The notes under the pieces were generated by a model. That model saw nothing but the letters and a program-made list of their open reading frames with translations. It searched no databases and had not been told where the DNA came from. This document shows, one piece after another, positions 31,801-32,000 of a DNA stretch of 32,000 nt; position 1 is the first letter of the stretch; each line of letters opens with the position of its first letter. The translations under genes were made by a program, and so were the position numbers. Source of the DNA: Wallemia ichthyophaga EXF-994. Taxonomy: Eukaryota; Fungi; Basidiomycota. The stretch covers positions 420,001-452,000 of the forward strand of contig NW_008806281.1 of the NCBI RefSeq assembly GCF_000400465.1, written 5' to 3'.

Positions 31801-32000
31801 CCTCGCTGTGCGGTTGGAAGGGAACGACCATGATATCAACGAGGTGTCTAAGGAAGAGTGCTACTGGTAGTGATAAATGGGGATTAAGTTTAGAGCACGT
31901 AAGTGGGTCTATCATGTACTCATGTTCACAGTCACTTTCACTTCTTACGCTTCCCAGTTCCTCCTAAAATCTAAATCTATTTCTCTCTACAGAAAGGCTA

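Overview
Eukaryotic DNA from an extremely gene-dense, intron-containing fungal genome. The 40-65 nt GT-AG introns, basidiomycete-type proteins and tiny spacers fit a Wallemia-like basidiomycete (inference, not verified). The ORF track is fragmented by introns, so genes were rebuilt by hand. In order: atypical transketolase-like ThDP enzyme (+), HAD pseudouridine-5'-phosphatase-like gene (-), an unexplained 1.4 kb gap, a 130-aa orphan (-), a candidate spliced 50-aa microprotein absent from the ORF track (+), a probable CENP-P/Ctf19 kinetochore protein with a long charged tail (-), synaptojanin-like INP5x (-), KU80 (+), mitochondrial-type NDK (+), TAN1 (+), PHO88 (-), FCY2-type permease (+), UFD1 (-), ubiquitin-L40 (+), MER3/HFM1 (-), NAA25/MDM20 (-), MTQ2 (+), GLTP/HET-C2 (-), CHZ1 (+), RUB1/NEDD8 (-), a hypothetical gene (+) and CHMP7 (-). 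No mobile elements, rRNA, tRNA or CRISPR were found. The strongest signal is architectural. Four head-to-head pairs have only 21-47 nt between start codons, one convergent pair has stop codons 1 nt apart, and one tandem pair has 58 nt from stop to start, so promoters and UTRs must lie inside neighbouring coding sequences. Other notable points are the CENP-P-like protein, a ubiquitin with Q at position 20, a NEDD8 encoded in mature form, and a long alternative frame in the last UFD1 exon.
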